From NCBI GenBank assembly GCA_951406725.2, contig OX597817.1, forward strand, positions 155,558,001 to 155,622,000: a stretch of 64,000 nt of DNA. Reading direction: 5' to 3'. Every line of letters starts with the position of its first letter. Positions within the stretch are counted from its first letter, which is position 1. Source of the stretch: Octopus vulgaris. Its lineage: Eukaryota. Below the pieces are notes generated by a model. That model was not told where the DNA came from. It saw nothing but the letters and a program-made list of their open reading frames with translations, and made no database searches. Position numbers and translations under genes: made by a program. Positions 1 through 13,919 of this stretch are shown here, piece after piece.

Positions 1-1018
1 GAAATCCAAGTATTTGAAACAATAAAATGTAATTTGTGTTTGACCTTTTATAGGTTTTAGGAGGAAAAGTACAGTAACTGGGAAAAATTTGAATATATGA
101 GGGGACAGAAATTGTAAGATGAAAACTAATATAATAAATCAAAACTTGTGCCTAATAAAAAGAACATAATAAATTAAGAATGATTATAAAGAGCAGGTTA
201 ACATATCCATTAGGTATTAGGTTTAAAATATTCTAAACTTTAGAAATCCTGTGCATGCAAGATGAAAAAAAGTCTTCAGATTATTTGTTTAAAATTTCTA
301 GGCTTTGCATATTGCAGAGATTGCATAGTTTCTTATCTGAGTATGACTGTTTTTTTCATGATTTTCCAGACTAGATGTTAGGCTGTAGGTTTGTCAGTTT
401 CCAGATGTAGGAAACTAATGTTGTCCAGTTAGACCAATTAATGTTTCTAAAGGTGTGGATAATAGATGTAATACTTTTGTTTGAGACGGCTCAATATCAT
501 ACCAACAAAAACCTTACATGGTGCATTGAGAAATTGTTCTTGAGTTTGCAGAATATGAGTCAAGGTTTGAACAGTTTCAGTGTCCACTAAACTTGTGTTC
601 GATAAGTGATAAGCTTAGAGATATTGGAACTAGCAATATTTTGGGCTAAGTTTGGAGTAGTTAAGTATATTTCATTTTTTGAAAAATTGAGTAGTATCTA
701 TATTAAATGATAAAGTGCTTTTTAAGGAATGTGAAGAATATTGTAGCTACTGTGATTGTTAAGTTGTAGGGTAAGTAATGCCAGCTAATACTTCTACAGC
801 TATTGCAATTTGGGATTGTAGGTAAGGTATTATGTATATCTTGAAAAAATGACTTCTAGATAGGGCATCATTTTGTGAAAAGCCAAAGATGTTATTCAAC
901 ACAGTGGTCCCTAACCTTTTCACTACCAAGGAACCCTTTTATTTGAGTTTTCCCATATATGTATATCATCAGCCAGGTGCCCTCCCTGTGTCCAGGGGTC
1001 AGCTTGCTAAGACTCTTG

Positions 1019-1395
1019 GCACAGGCATGGATGTTTGGTAAAAAGTTTGCTTCCCAACCACATGGACCCAGGTTCAGTCCCACTGCATGGTACCTTGGCC
1101 AAGTGTCCTCTACTATAGCCTCGGGCTGACCAAAGCTTTGTTAGTGTATTTGGTAGATGGAAACTGAAAGAAGCCCATACACACACACACACACATGTAT
1201 GTGTGTCTTTGTGTCTGTTCCCCTACCATCGCTTGACAATTGATGTTTGTGTGTTTTCATTTCCATAATTTAGTGGTTTGGAATAAGTGACCGATGGAAT
1301 AAGTACTAGGTTTAAAGAAAAAAACCTCAGTTGATTTCTTCAATTAAAAACCAGCATGGCTGCAGTCAAATGACTGAAGCAAGTAAAAAGAAGAA
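1019..1395 (+). mobile_element. tRNA-derived SINE family A (decayed; second copy ~11125-11515)
   Basis: ggcacaggcatgg...ggttcagtcccact head, CORE-like accttggccaagtgtc block, central (CA)n, tail gcagtcaaatgactgaagcaagtaaaaaga. Confidence 0.8.
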
Positions 1396-2149
1396 AAAAA
1401 GGAAAAGTGTATGTGTATATATATATATATACATAGATAGATAGATGGATGGCTAAACTTGTGCACACCCACTCATATCTACATGCATTGTATAAATATA
1501 TAATAAGTCAGTGACTTGGCTTAACTGATAGAGTGAGTAGATTACAGGGTTTATTTTATAGGTGCAGTGGTAGCTGTGTGGTGAAGAAGCTTGCTTCCCA
1601 GCCATGTGGTTTCAGGTTCAGTCTCACTACATAGCATTTGGGCAAGTGTTACCTACTAAAGTCTGGGCAGACCAAAAACTTGAATGGATTTGATAGATGG
1701 GAACTGAAAGAAGCCAGTTGTGTGCGCACGTGTGTGTATGTTTGTATATACATATATGTGTATGTTTATGTGTATCCTTGTCTTGACATCATATGATGGT
1801 TGTAAAGAAGCATCACCATCATACAAGCAATGTTGTTCATCTCTAGACCTCTGTGAAAAACATGTATGGCCAAGGAGAAATACTACCTAACTTGGAAATA
1901 GGTGAGGGTCAGTGACAGAAAGGACATCTGATGTAGAAAATCTCCCTCAGTGAAGCATGGAAAAGTAGATGTTAAAACAATATTTATACACACATACAAG
2001 ATATAGTAACAGATTTTTAGCCAACACACTGGTATGATGAATGTAAACATTAAGTCCACAATATGTATCATTATCATTTAACATCCGTTATCCATGCTGG
2101 ACTCCAGTCTGATTTGGCATGGCCTCTATGGCTGGATGCCCTTCCTAAT

Positions 2150-2880
2150 GCAAATGATTTATAAAGTGTGCTGGGTGCTTTTATGTGACACTGGCACAGG
2201 ACTCTTACAGATCAATCCTCACCACCATGGGGACCAGTCTTAACACTTCGGCTACAGAGTACAACAAAGTGCCAGGCATCTCGGTCCTTTGTCATCTCAC
2301 CTGAAAGGTTCAGCATCTTGAGGTCATTCTTCAGCACTTCATCTCATGTCTTCCTGGGTCTCCTACTTCCATGTGTTCCATCTACTTTGAGAAACTGGCA
2401 CTTCTTTATGGAGCTATTGGCATCCATCCACATTACATGACCAAACCAGTGCAGTCTCCTCTCTTGCACACAGCAACTAATTCCTCTTATGTCTAACTTC
2501 TCTCTCAAAGCACAAGCATTGTCAAAGACGTACACTTACATTACACATCCAGTGGAGCATACTAGCCTCATTAGAAAGAAGGAAGAGCCTTATGTACTGC
2601 ACATTTCAACTCTGAAGTTCTGTCAGCAATTGTGCACATTCCTTAACTATGCACAAACACACTGCATGTAAACCCATCAATATACAAACTGGATATACCA
2701 AAAATATTCAAGACTGACCACACCTCCACCCATGTTTACCACTCACTGCATTTCCGTCTATCCCCTACACATACCATTTATATTCACCTTCCTACAACTT
2801 GAGGGTAAGTCCTAACACACTTTCACCATCTCTTTTCCAACTGGAGTAACCATGTATCTCCCCAACAACAAGACACCTAA
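2150..2880 (-). mobile_element. RTE-clade LINE 3' remnant (second copy ~12270-13000)
   Basis: ORF 2344-2535 CCVQERRLHWFGHVMWMD...GSRRPRKT matches the RLxWFGHVxR...GRPxK motif at the RTE ORF C-terminus. Confidence 0.75.
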
Positions 2881-3026
2881 TCTTGTCCCTCTATTATACC
2901 TTAACCTCATTATCTGGTAGAAAGCCACCTCCTTTAATTCCATTTCCCACTCAGTTAAGCAGTCTTGCAAGTTACTTGGTTACTCATTTGTGCCAGTACC
3001 ACATAAAAAACATCTCGTCCTCTCTG

Positions 3027-3126
3027 NNNNNNNNNNNNNNNNNNNNNNNNNNNNNNNNNNNNNNNNNNNNNNNNNNNNNNNNNNNNNNNNNNNNNNNNNN
3101 NNNNNNNNNNNNNNNNNNNNNNNNNN
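3027..3126. other. Assembly gap (100 N)
   Basis: Run of exactly 100 N. Confidence 1.
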
Positions 3127-4656
3127 TAATTCATACACTAATTTTTAAAGGTAACCAGATGTTCAAGTGAGTGACTTTTAAATAGTTAACAGAAAAAAAA
3201 AAACCAAAACAAAAAACCCCTTGTAAAAGCAGGATGGTTATTTATGATGAATTTAATGGATAAAATAAAATAGAAATTAACTGAATTAAAAGGATCTGAT
3301 AATTTCTCATAAAATCTATACACACTGGTTAGTGACATGCAATATATTGTAAAAGATATGGGTTTTGAAAAAAGGAACCAAGTGAAACAATTCACATAGA
3401 AGAAAATGCTGACATCAAAATGAATGACGTTTAAAGAAATTATACAATTCAGCAAACTCAATTTTGATGAATACATATATGTTACATAAATTTCCATACA
3501 CTAAACATTAATTCATTTGTAATGAATGTTTTCTTTACATAAAAATGCTGCCAAAGGTATTTTACGAACATATATTAAACATATATGTATATAACTGAAT
3601 GACAGAGGCGGTCTATTTATTTTAAATGATGGAAAAAGAAAAACCAAAATATAATTTGTCAGTAATAATTCAGATTAAAATTTCTGATTTTTAATTAAAC
3701 GTTTACAACTACAGCTTATCAAAATTTACTTATGCCACTAACAATATTTTCACTCTTATTGATGATAGTGATAATGATTAAATAATTGAAATAATGACAT
3801 CGGGAGGAATAGCATTCCTTGTCCTGAAGTCTATTTATAAAATACTGATAGGTTTAGAAAGATATTAAAAGAAAAATGTATCAAGAAGGTTGAATGCTTT
3901 CTCACAGTGATACAGAAATATATTTGATATTGAAAAAAAGAAATTAAAAAAAAACTGTTCTGTATTGAATTTTATGTTGTGGTGACATCAAGATGATAGA
4001 GATATCACGCAGAAAGAGTAATTTGTGTGCGATTTCCCATTAAATGAGAGAGTGTATGTATGCGTGTATGTTCAGGCATTCAGTATAATCCACATCTTGA
4101 ACTTTCCCCTCACCTTCTGATGTAGGCAGAAATGTCAAAAAGAGGGAGTGGAATAAAAAAAAGAAAACTAAGTGGGGCAAAGCATTGAATAGTAATTTCA
4201 TATTCAAAACAACCACCCCAACCCTCAATAGTCACTCAGACAGCTATGTTCAATGAGCAACATCAAATGTGAATGTGTGGGTGTTACTACTAAGTCAGCT
4301 CTACACAGCTTTGCTAAGTAACCAGCCTCGTCTTAGAGAAAGTAATGCAGAATAGGAGTTAGAGCATTACATAAAACTACAGTAAATAAAACATCTGAAG
4401 AAAGCATGTAGTAGATGAATGAAACAAGACGTAGTAATATACTAAGCATAACATTTTCCAATTAAAAAAAAAAATTCCTATTTTAGCTTGATGTATTAGT
4501 GAGTGAGTGTTAGTTATAATGTCCCAATCCATGAAATTTACATAAAATTTGACAACTCATTACCAAGTACCCACCACCTCCTCAGTAAATGTTCTGTGGT
4601 TATTCTTCAATTCTTACAACTTCAAATCAGTGTGTGTGTGTGTTTGTATAATACAT

Positions 4657-4721
<65 letters not shown>

Positions 4722-4879
4722 ATGCAGAAAATATAAACAGCAAATTTAACTATTTCTCTGGAGGTTGAAAAAATGAAGAACAGTCTTGATTGGTTTTTGA
4801 ACCTTATCGGATTCAAATCAGGAGTCTACATCTTTCTCATGTATATGAACAACCCAAGATGGAATGCACACATCAACAA

Positions 4880-5440
4880 TAAAATTAATATGGCCCACAC
4901 AATGTATTCATAGATTTTAAGACTGGAAAGTTCTTAGTCCAGAGATCTTAATACTACTATCTTTCTCTACATTTGCCTTGAATACTTCTGCCTACTGTAG
5001 TCTTCCTACATGAAACAAAATATGAGAATTGAAGAACCTTAGAGATAACCAAGATAAATGACATGGCAGGCCCTGTTTATTAAGGTTATCTAAAAAAAGC
5101 TCAAACTGTATTCTCTCCAATGCTACAGTGAGCACTATATCATTTGTACGATGTGTAAAATACTCCATCAACACGGCCCAAATGCAAAAGTTTACCTAAA
5201 TTTTTGGTCACCATACCATACGTCCTAAACAAAAATTAAGCTCACATCACAAAACACTGCACAACTTCTTTACCTCATTCAGCACTGCCTTATTCAAAAT
5301 TATCCCAAAAGAAATGAAAGACGCAATGACCTTCAAATGGAATTTGGATAACTTCTAAGATGTACTAGACAGACCATCAATACCCAGAAACATTTTAGCA
5401 AATAACTTCCTAATCAAGTGGGATATCCTAAAATAGGACT
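4880..5440 (+). mobile_element. Decayed CR1-like LINE 3' fragment
   Basis: Remnant LFKIIPKEMK...FKWNLDNFL translation resembling the CR1-type C-terminus, heavily interrupted. Confidence 0.4.
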
Positions 5441-7415
5441 CAAAAGATTGCTTCAGATATGAAGTTAAACATTTTAAACACAGCATCTACTATAACCATG
5501 GGTTGACCAAAATCTTTTGAGTAGATTTGTTAGATAGAAACTGAAAGAAGCTTATGAATGGATGGATAGATAGATACTCTCTAAACATTACTGTTCCAAG
5601 TTGTTAATACAACACATGTTCTTTCCTACATAGTTTTACATTTTACAAGATAATACAAAATTCACAACATATTTGCTAATTAGCATTATGCAATCTTTCA
5701 ATTTTATTGAATTGAAAGAGCATTCAGATTTTTCAGATAAAAAAGAAATTAATATGAAAATTAACCAAATAAAATGAAAAAGTGTGGAATATTTTCATGA
5801 GAAAATGACATGGTTAGTGTTACTAGCAAGACAGGAAGGTGTAAGTCTAATTAATTAAAAGTCTCAACAAAAAATAGTATTTCTGGTAAACTAAGGAAGT
5901 AAGATACACTTTGTTCCTACTCCACAAAACCTACACATGGTTTGTTAATGGGAAGGGCCTTCATTATTCACTAGTTTGTACATTCTCATTTGGAATTCAG
6001 AGAACAAGATACATATCCATATTTATTGTATACACTTAATGTATATGCACAATATATATTCATTACATGCATATAATTAAAAATATACAGTAGATTAACT
6101 ATTTATATAGCCTAAATACCCACACCCCACAGATACTTTACTCACACACATTCATACACAAGCCATACAATTATATTACTCACAATGCACGCTAGTTGAT
6201 ATCTTTCCCCCATCTGTAAATACTGGCTCCAACACAAATTCAGCAACAAAGTGGGGAGGGGATGCTAGAGTTCAAGAAGCCAATGACAGAATCAATGTTT
6301 GCATAACTTGCTAGAAATAGCAGCCAAATCATCTACAAATCATTGTTTTAAAGTCCAATGATTACATGGGCCAGACAAAGTTTATTGTGGTTGATTTTGT
6401 ATGGCTGGGTGCTCCTCCTCCTGCCAACCCTCAGTTGTTTCCAAGTAAGGTAATATTTCCTGATGGCCTAACATATTTTCACAATGAATGACATTGTTTG
6501 TATGATAGTGACACTCATTTATAGTCTCGAAACAAGGAGATAAACACACACACAAAAAAAAAAAACATATTCATATACATATACAACAGGTTTCTTTCAT
6601 TTTCTTATTTCTATTGCCCACAAGGAGCTAAACATAGAAGGGACAAACAAGGACAGACAACGGGATTAAGTCGATTACACTGACCTCAGTGCGTAACTGG
6701 TACTTAATTTATCGACCCCGAAAGGATGAAAGGCAAAGTCATCCTCGGCAGGATTTGAACTCAGAACCACTAAGCATTTCGCGCAGCATGCTAATGTTTC
6801 TGCCAGTTTGCCACCTTCATTTTCTGTCAAACAAATCTACTCACAAAACTGATCAACCTAGGGCTAGAGTAGATGTCCACAGTGCCATGCAGTGGGACTG
6901 AACCCAAAACCACATGGTTGGGAAGCAAACTTAATCCCACAGCCATGCCTGCAACTTCTTCAAATCAGACTTAAAAAAAAGTAAAACAAAAAACAGAAAG
7001 TATTGGATAACGTAGTACTAAACATAAAAAGATAAGACGGTGTAGAATACTTTGAGGTCTTCTACAACAGAACACAGATTGCGTTAAACAACAAATACCA
7101 CTGGAGCCTGCCTACATGTAAACAAATTAATGCATTTCATAGGACCACCTTCAAATTTAGAGCTGGGAGCTTGATTTACTACATGTAAGCCCTCATATTA
7201 CAGCAGTCAAACTGCAAGCTAACACAGATAGTAAACAGAATAAAAAATGCAAAATAGAATGGTCACTGAATTTTCAAAAGAATCAAGTGCACATATAACT
7301 ATGTCCATAAATATATAAGACTGATAGTACTGTTTGATCTAGAAAGAGTACTTCTTGTTTCATCATCTATACAAGAATCTAAAAGGAGTTATTCATATAT
7401 ATATATATATATATA

Positions 7416-7643
7416 CTTTATTTAAAAGCAGCAGAAAATTCAACAAAACCTGTTACTCTGAGTTTCCCGTCCCCGTTCGTCGGACAGTTTTTGTTAAAAT
7501 AGAACTGGTATGCCGATTCTATCAAGACTAGTAACAGGTTTTGTTGAATTTTCTGCTGCTTTTAAATAAAGCATATTACTCTACCCCTGGTATTTGAGTA
7601 CTCTTTTTTTCACCTTGTTTCACATTTATGTGTTTACTCCAGT
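7416..7643. mobile_element. Penelope-like element terminal fragment with inverted duplication
   Basis: Perfect 42-bp inverted repeat (7416-7457 vs 7530-7571), hammerhead-like motif at 7450-7488, (TA)n on both flanks. Same tail occurs twice at 32965-33180. Confidence 0.65.
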
Positions 7644-7654
7644 ATATATATATA

Positions 7655-8042
7655 TGATGGCCGTCCACTCGTGACTGAGGAAGACCATTGCCGACCTTCA
7701 GGAACATTGTGCGCTCTAGGACTAATTTATATTTTGCATTTGCGGCTCCGTTGGTGGCTAACGAGCCCCGCTCTTGACAAGCACACACGACTGCAAACAT
7801 TGCAGACCAAGCTTTCCCCATTCACTATACGAGCCGTGCGCTTTCGCGCAGCTCGCCGAAGTTCTTCATGCTGGATACATGCTCTCTCAAAAGTGTTGAT
7901 CCCCTCCTTAACCTGCTTCCTCCATATCAAAGGCCTTTAACGAGGACTTAACACAGTCCTTAAATCGCAGCCTTGGTTTCTCCCGGAATCTCCTTCCATT
8001 CACAAGTTCTCCATAGAGCATCTGCCTAGGAATCCTTCTATC
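7655..8042 (-). mobile_element. RTE/BovB-like LINE 3' end
   Basis: RIPRQMLYGEL..GRR..KPRLRFKD then WRKQVKEG...CNVCSRVCLSRAGLVSHQR, the C-terminal zinc-finger-like motif of RTE ORFs. Confidence 0.8.
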
Positions 8043-8096
8043 CTATATATATACATACATACATAGATATATATATATAGAGAGAGAAAGAGTGTG

Positions 8097-8790
8097 AGTA
8101 GGATATTTGAGGACAGATTTATGTTTATCAAAAAACAGATAACTTTATTTATCAAAAAATGCTAGGAGGATAAAAATAAACCTTTTCTATAATTGTTATT
8201 CAATAAAGCCTCCTTCACCTTCAACAACTGCTTCTATGTGAGATCTAAATCATCTACATGCTTGAATCAAGTGGTCCTGGTTCATTTTGGACATTACTCT
8301 GACTATGGCAACTTTCAAAGAATCTTTGGTGGTGCTATGGATGTGTTCATTGACCTCTCTCTCAACAATGCTCCATATATAATAGTACAATGGATTGAGA
8401 TCTGGAGAATTAGGAGGCCAAATGTTAGGGGTTATGTGATCATGAAAATTTTCAGCCATCCATTCCTGTGTTACTAGAGCCATGTGTGGTAGTGCAGAGT
8501 CTTACTGAAACACATATGGCCTTTTATTGCACACACTGTCTATCCAGGGCTCAACAATTATTTCCAGGACCTCAATGTAGGTGGCAGAATTAACTCTAAG
8601 GCCTTGTGGAAAGAAGTAAGGAGGCATCACATGTCCTTCATTGCTGACAACCCCTAGAAACCATGATAGTTGCATGAAATTTTGTATGCATAACACTTGG
8701 AACTTCAGAAGGGTCTGCACATAACCATCTATCATTTCTTCTGTTATCGTTTTGATTTTGGTTGAAGTTTTACTCGTTTCAGAAAAACCA
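8097..8790 (-). mobile_element. Tc1/mariner maT (DD37D-type) transposase remnant
   Basis: GVVSNEGHVMPP...YVFQ*DSALPH...TQEW...WPPNSPDLNPL(Y)Y. 37 residues lie between the second D and the third catalytic position (mutated to Y), and there is an in-frame stop. Confidence 0.8.
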
Positions 8791-9304
8791 AATCAAATCT
8801 TCTGATTGGAAGTGTTATCATGTACATTGTTTTGTTTTGGTATAAAAGATGGGCTACAGCAAATATTCTGCTCAATACCACAGATTTGCTTGTCAGTTGT
8901 CTGACTGTAACCAGCTGGGCATGTCCCTTAGTGGCTGACAATATGTGCATCTCTGATCACGAGCAGTGGGGGAGCATCATAGCTATGTGTTGAGAGGGAT
9001 TTTTGGGGGTTTGAATAATTCACCTCAGGAAACATGGGTTTTTCGTTCAACATCCTTAAACAACCCTTATTCAGGGATCTTTTGAGCAGGATGGGCTACT
9101 CGACCTGAAGAAAATTCTAACTGGGCCCCACCTGCAAGGTCATGTGCTGTTTATCTTGATATGAGATCACCATGTTGCACATATATGGTTGTGATGCATG
9201 TGCCTAGTGTATCTTTATCAGACAGGTAGTCATGATGGGTATACTGGGCTTTGTATATTTTACCCCAGTGTCACTTTGATGGTATGCACTGCTCTCTCAC
9301 TCAA

Positions 9305-9435
9305 TAATAACATCGAAAAATAGATTAGGAATGAGAACCCAGGTTTGAAATTTCTCCAAGACACCTGATGAGGACAAGTATCCATCAAATGTAAATAATG
9401 TACATAATTCCTCATCTCTTAACTATAGAACTGTA
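9305..9435 (+). mobile_element. Penelope-like 3' tail, same family as 57600-57880, with internal deletion
   Basis: aggaatgagaacccaggtttgaaatttctccaagacacctgatga...tgtaaataatgtacataattcctcatctc is shared with 57740-57880. Confidence 0.7.
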
Positions 9436-11281
9436 TTCAAGAAACTTGTTCCCACCTTGTTCCTCAAAACAAAGCCAAAGCTTCCATGCACACTACAGAA
9501 TCCATCATGTTGCAACTCAATGTATCTGTCAAAGTCTCAAGCTTTGACAATAAGGTCATTGCCATTCATCATGAAGGTACATAACAATCTCATAGAATCT
9601 GTCATTCTGTTCATCTGCCAACACAGTGTGGAGCATAAGCAGATATTAATATTGTTGTCATAGAGTCCAAACTAGTTGAGTTTAATTATCCTACCACATA
9701 CACAGAAAAATGTTTATTAAAATTATGGGTTTCCTTGTCTTTAAAATTCATTTGAAAGCACTGGAATAAAGAAAAGTTTTAGGTACATGTGCTTGAATGT
9801 TAAGGTTTGGATGGGGTAGGCTGGTGGTTAATTGCAGACATTATATGTGCATTGACAAGTCAGTAAAATTTGAATTAATTAAGAGTGTAAACAATGTACT
9901 GGGGGAGCAAATGAAGTAGTAGTTATAGGAATGCATCTAAATTGGTTGGCCTCTAGGTGAAGAGGAAGAAAATATTGTTATTAGTGACTGTGGTATGATA
10001 TAAATCTGCTTTTTAATAAATATGAGAAGAATGAAGAGATGTTTATAATATACTGATAGGTGCAACAACATCAACACTCTAACAAAGACTATTTGTTATT
10101 AAATTCTGAAATCCAAGTATTTGAAACAATAAAATGTAATTTGTGTTTGACCTTTTATAGGTTTTAGGAGGAAAAGTACAGTAACTGGGAAAAATTTGAA
10201 TATATGAGGGGACAGAAATTGTAAGATGAAAACTAATATAATAAATCAAAACTTGTGCCTAATAAAAAGAACATAATAAATTAAGAATGATTATAAAGAG
10301 CAGGTTAACATATCCATTAGGTATTAGGTTTAAAATATTCTAAACATTAGAAATCCTGTGCATGCAAGATGAAAAAAAGTCTTCAGATTATTTGTTTAAA
10401 ATTTCTAGGCTTTGCATATTGCAGAGATTGCATAGTTTCTTATCTGAGTATGACTGTTTTTTTCATGATTTTCCAGACTAGATGTTAGGCTGTAGGTTTG
10501 TCAGTTTCCAGATGTAGGAAACTAATGTTGTCCAGTTAGACCAATTAATGTTTCTAAAGGTGTGGATAATAGATGTAATACTTTTGTTTGAGACGGCTCA
10601 ATATCATACCAACAAAAACCTTACATGGTGCATTGAGAAATTGTTCTTGAGTTTGCAGAATATGAGTCAAGGTTTGAACAGTTTCAGTGTCCACTAAACT
10701 TGTGTTCGATAAGTGATAAGCTTAGAGATATTGGAACTAGCAATATTTTGGGCTAAGTTTGGAGTAGTTAAGTATATTTCATTTTTGAAAAATTGAGTAG
10801 TATCTATATTAAATGATAAAGTGCTTTTTAAGGAATGTGAAGAATATTCTAGCTACTGTGATTGTTAAGTTGTAGGGTAAGTAATGCCAGCTAATACTTC
10901 TACAGCTATTGCAATTTGGGATTGTAGGTAAGGTATTATGTATATCTTGAAAAAATGACTTCTAGATAGGGCATCATTTTGTGAAAAGCCAAAGATGTTA
11001 TTCAACACAGTGGTCCCTAACCTTTTCACTACCAAGGAACCCTTTTATTTGAGTTTTCCCATATATGTATATCATCAGCCAGGTGCCCTCCCTGTGTCCA
11101 GGGGTCAGCTTGCTAAGACTCTTGGCACAGGCATGGATGTTTGGTAAAAAGTTTGCTTCCCAACCACATGGACCCAGGTTCAGTCCCACTGCATGGTACC
11201 TTGGCCAAGTGTCCTCTACTATAGCCTCGGGCTGACCAAAGCTTTGTTAGTGTATTTGGTAGATGGAAACTGAAAGAAGCC

Positions 11282-11321
<40 letters not shown>

Positions 11322-13286
11322 TGTGTGTCTTTGTGTCTGTTCCCCTACCATCGCTTGACAATTGATGTTTGTGTGTTTTCATTTCCATAATTTAGTGGTT
11401 TGGAATAAGTGACCGATGGAATAAGTACTAGGTTTAAAGAAAAAACCTCAGTTGATTTCTTCAATTAAAAACCAGCATGGCTGCAGTCAAATGACTGAAG
11501 CAAGTAAAAAGAAGAAAAAAAGGAAAAGTGTATGTGTATATATATATATACATAGATAGATAGATGGATGGCTAAACTTGTGCACACCCACTCATATCTA
11601 CATGCGTTGTATAAATATATAATAAGTCAGTGACTTGGCTTAACTGATAGAGTGAGTAGATTACAGGGTTTATTTTATAGGTGCAGTGGTAGCTGTGTGG
11701 TGAAGAAGCTTGCTTCCCAGCCATGTGGTTTCAGGTTCAGTCTCACTACATAGCATTTGGGCAAGTGTTACCTACTAAAGTCTGGGCAGACCAAAAACTT
11801 GAATGGATTTGATAGATGGGAACTGAAAGAAGCCAGTTGTGTGCGCACGTGTGTGTATGTTTGTATATACATATATGTGTATGTTTATGTGTATCCTTGT
11901 CTTGACATCATATGATGGTTGTAAAGAAGCATCACCATCATACAAGCAATGTTGTTCATCTCTAGACCTCTGTGAAAAACATGTATGGCCAAGGAGAAAT
12001 ACTACCTAACTTGGAAATAGGTGAGGGTCAGTGACAGAAAGGACATCTGATGTAGAAAATCTCCCTCAGTGAAGCATGGAAAAGTAGATGTTAAAACAAT
12101 ATTTATACACACATACAAGATATAGTAACAGATTTTTAGCCAACACACTGGTATGATGAATGTAAACATTAAGTCCACAATATGTATCATTATCATTTAA
12201 CATCCGTTATCCATGCTGGACTCCAGTCTGATTTGGCATGGCCTCTATGGCTGGATGCCCTTCCTAATGCAAATGATTTATAAAGTGTGCTGGGTGCTTT
12301 TATGTGACACTGGCACAGGACTCTTACAGATCAATCCTCACCACCATGGGGACCAGTCTTAACACTTCGGCTACAGAGTACAACAAAGTGCCAGGCATCT
12401 CGGTCCTTTGTCATCTCACCTGAAAGGTTCAGCATCTTGAGGTCATTCTTCAGCACTTCATCTCATGTCTTCCTGGGTCTCCTACTTCCATGTGTTCCAT
12501 CTACTTTGAGAAACTGGCACTTCTTTATGGAGCTATTGGCATCCATCCACATTACATGACCAAACCAGTGCAGTCTCCTCTCTTGCACACAGCAACTAAT
12601 TCCTCTTATGTCTAACTTCTCTCTCAAAGCACAAGCATTGTCAAAGACGTACACTTACATTACACATCCAGTGGAGCATACTAGCCTCATTAGAAAGAAG
12701 GAAGAGCCTTATGTACTGCACATTTCAACTCTGAAGTTCTGTCAGCAATTGTGCACATTCCTTAACTATGCACAAACACACTGCATGTAAACCCATCAAT
12801 ATACAAACTGGATATACCAAAAATATTCAAGACTGACCACACCTCCACCCATGTTTACCACTCACTGCATTTCCGTCTATCCCCTACACATACCATTTAT
12901 ATTCACCTTCTTACAACTTGAGGGTAAGTCCTAACACACCTTCACCATCTCTTTTCCAACTGGAGTAACCATGTATCTCCCCAACAACAAGACACCTAAT
13001 CTTGTCCCTCTATTATACCTTAACCTCATTATCTGGTAGAAAGCCACCTCCTTTAATTCCATTTCCCACTCAGTTAAGCAGTCTTGCAAGTTACTTGGTT
13101 ACTCATTTGTGCCAGTACCACATAAAAAACATCTCGTCCTCTCTGTGAAGTGGTTGGTGTTAGGAAAGACATCGAACCAAAGAAGCTATGTCAAAGTAGA
13201 CACTGGAGCTTGGTGCAGTCTCCTGGTTCACCAGCTGTCAAATGATCCAAACCAAACCAGAATGGAAAGCAAACGTTCATTGATTA

Positions 13287-13919
13287 CAGGGCCTGATCAA
13301 TAAGTATCTAGACTGTTGCCATAATAACAAAGCTAAAGCACGCGGAGTGAAGCCGCTAGGCACAGATTGATCTTGAACACAGTTTTAACATTCTAGCTCA
13401 CTTCTGCTGTTTACAGCAGTGCTCAGAAGGAATGTGTGTAGCACATGATTATTGCATTGACCATGAGAGAGAAAGCTGTCATGGCGATACCTGCTCAGAG
13501 GCCTATGTAAAGTTGCAGAAAGTGTACAGAGGGGAGTGTATGAGCTGCACACGAGTGTACAAGTGGTTCAGATGTTTCCAAGATGACCGAAAAAATGTCA
13601 ATAGTGACAAATGTTCTGGAAGATCGGCAACCAGGAGAACTGAGAAAAACATTGCAGATGTGCATGTAGCTTTGAGGAGAAATTGTCAAATCACCTTCCA
13701 TGACTTATCAGGATATGCAGATTAGTTACGGTTCAGTTCAATCTATTATCACTGAAGATTTGGGTATGAGACAAGTGTTTGCCAAGTTTGTGCCCAAACT
13801 GCTTTCAGCTAATCAAGACACATGGGTTTCAGTTGCACAAGATCTTGATTTGCGTTGAGATCACTCTGCATGCTTTAACTTCGTTACTATGGCAACAGTC
13901 TTATTGCTCAGATCACATA
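13287..13919 (+). mobile_element. Internally deleted mariner element
   Basis: Imperfect TIRs (tcaataag..gactgttgccataataacaaagctaaagca / tgctttaacttcgttactatggcaacagtcttattg). HTH remnant EAYVKLQKVYRGECMSCTRVYKWFRCFQDDR..RSAT and FVPKLLS (WVP-like). Confidence 0.8.

Larger units (their letters stand above)
1..3026 (+). repeat. Near-identical direct duplicate of 10108-13145
   Basis: gaaatccaagtatttg starts at both 1 and 10108. Match runs to ...catctcgtcctctctg (3026/13145). Differences are a few SNPs and microsatellite/homopolymer lengths, and the same ORFs appear in both copies. Confidence 0.97.

Noticed and set aside
9700-10990. AT-rich stretch that may be an old LINE ORF on the minus strand (similar cases 43590-44330, 51640-52340)
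   Set aside because: Too decayed to read diagnostic motifs by eye, so left unannotated
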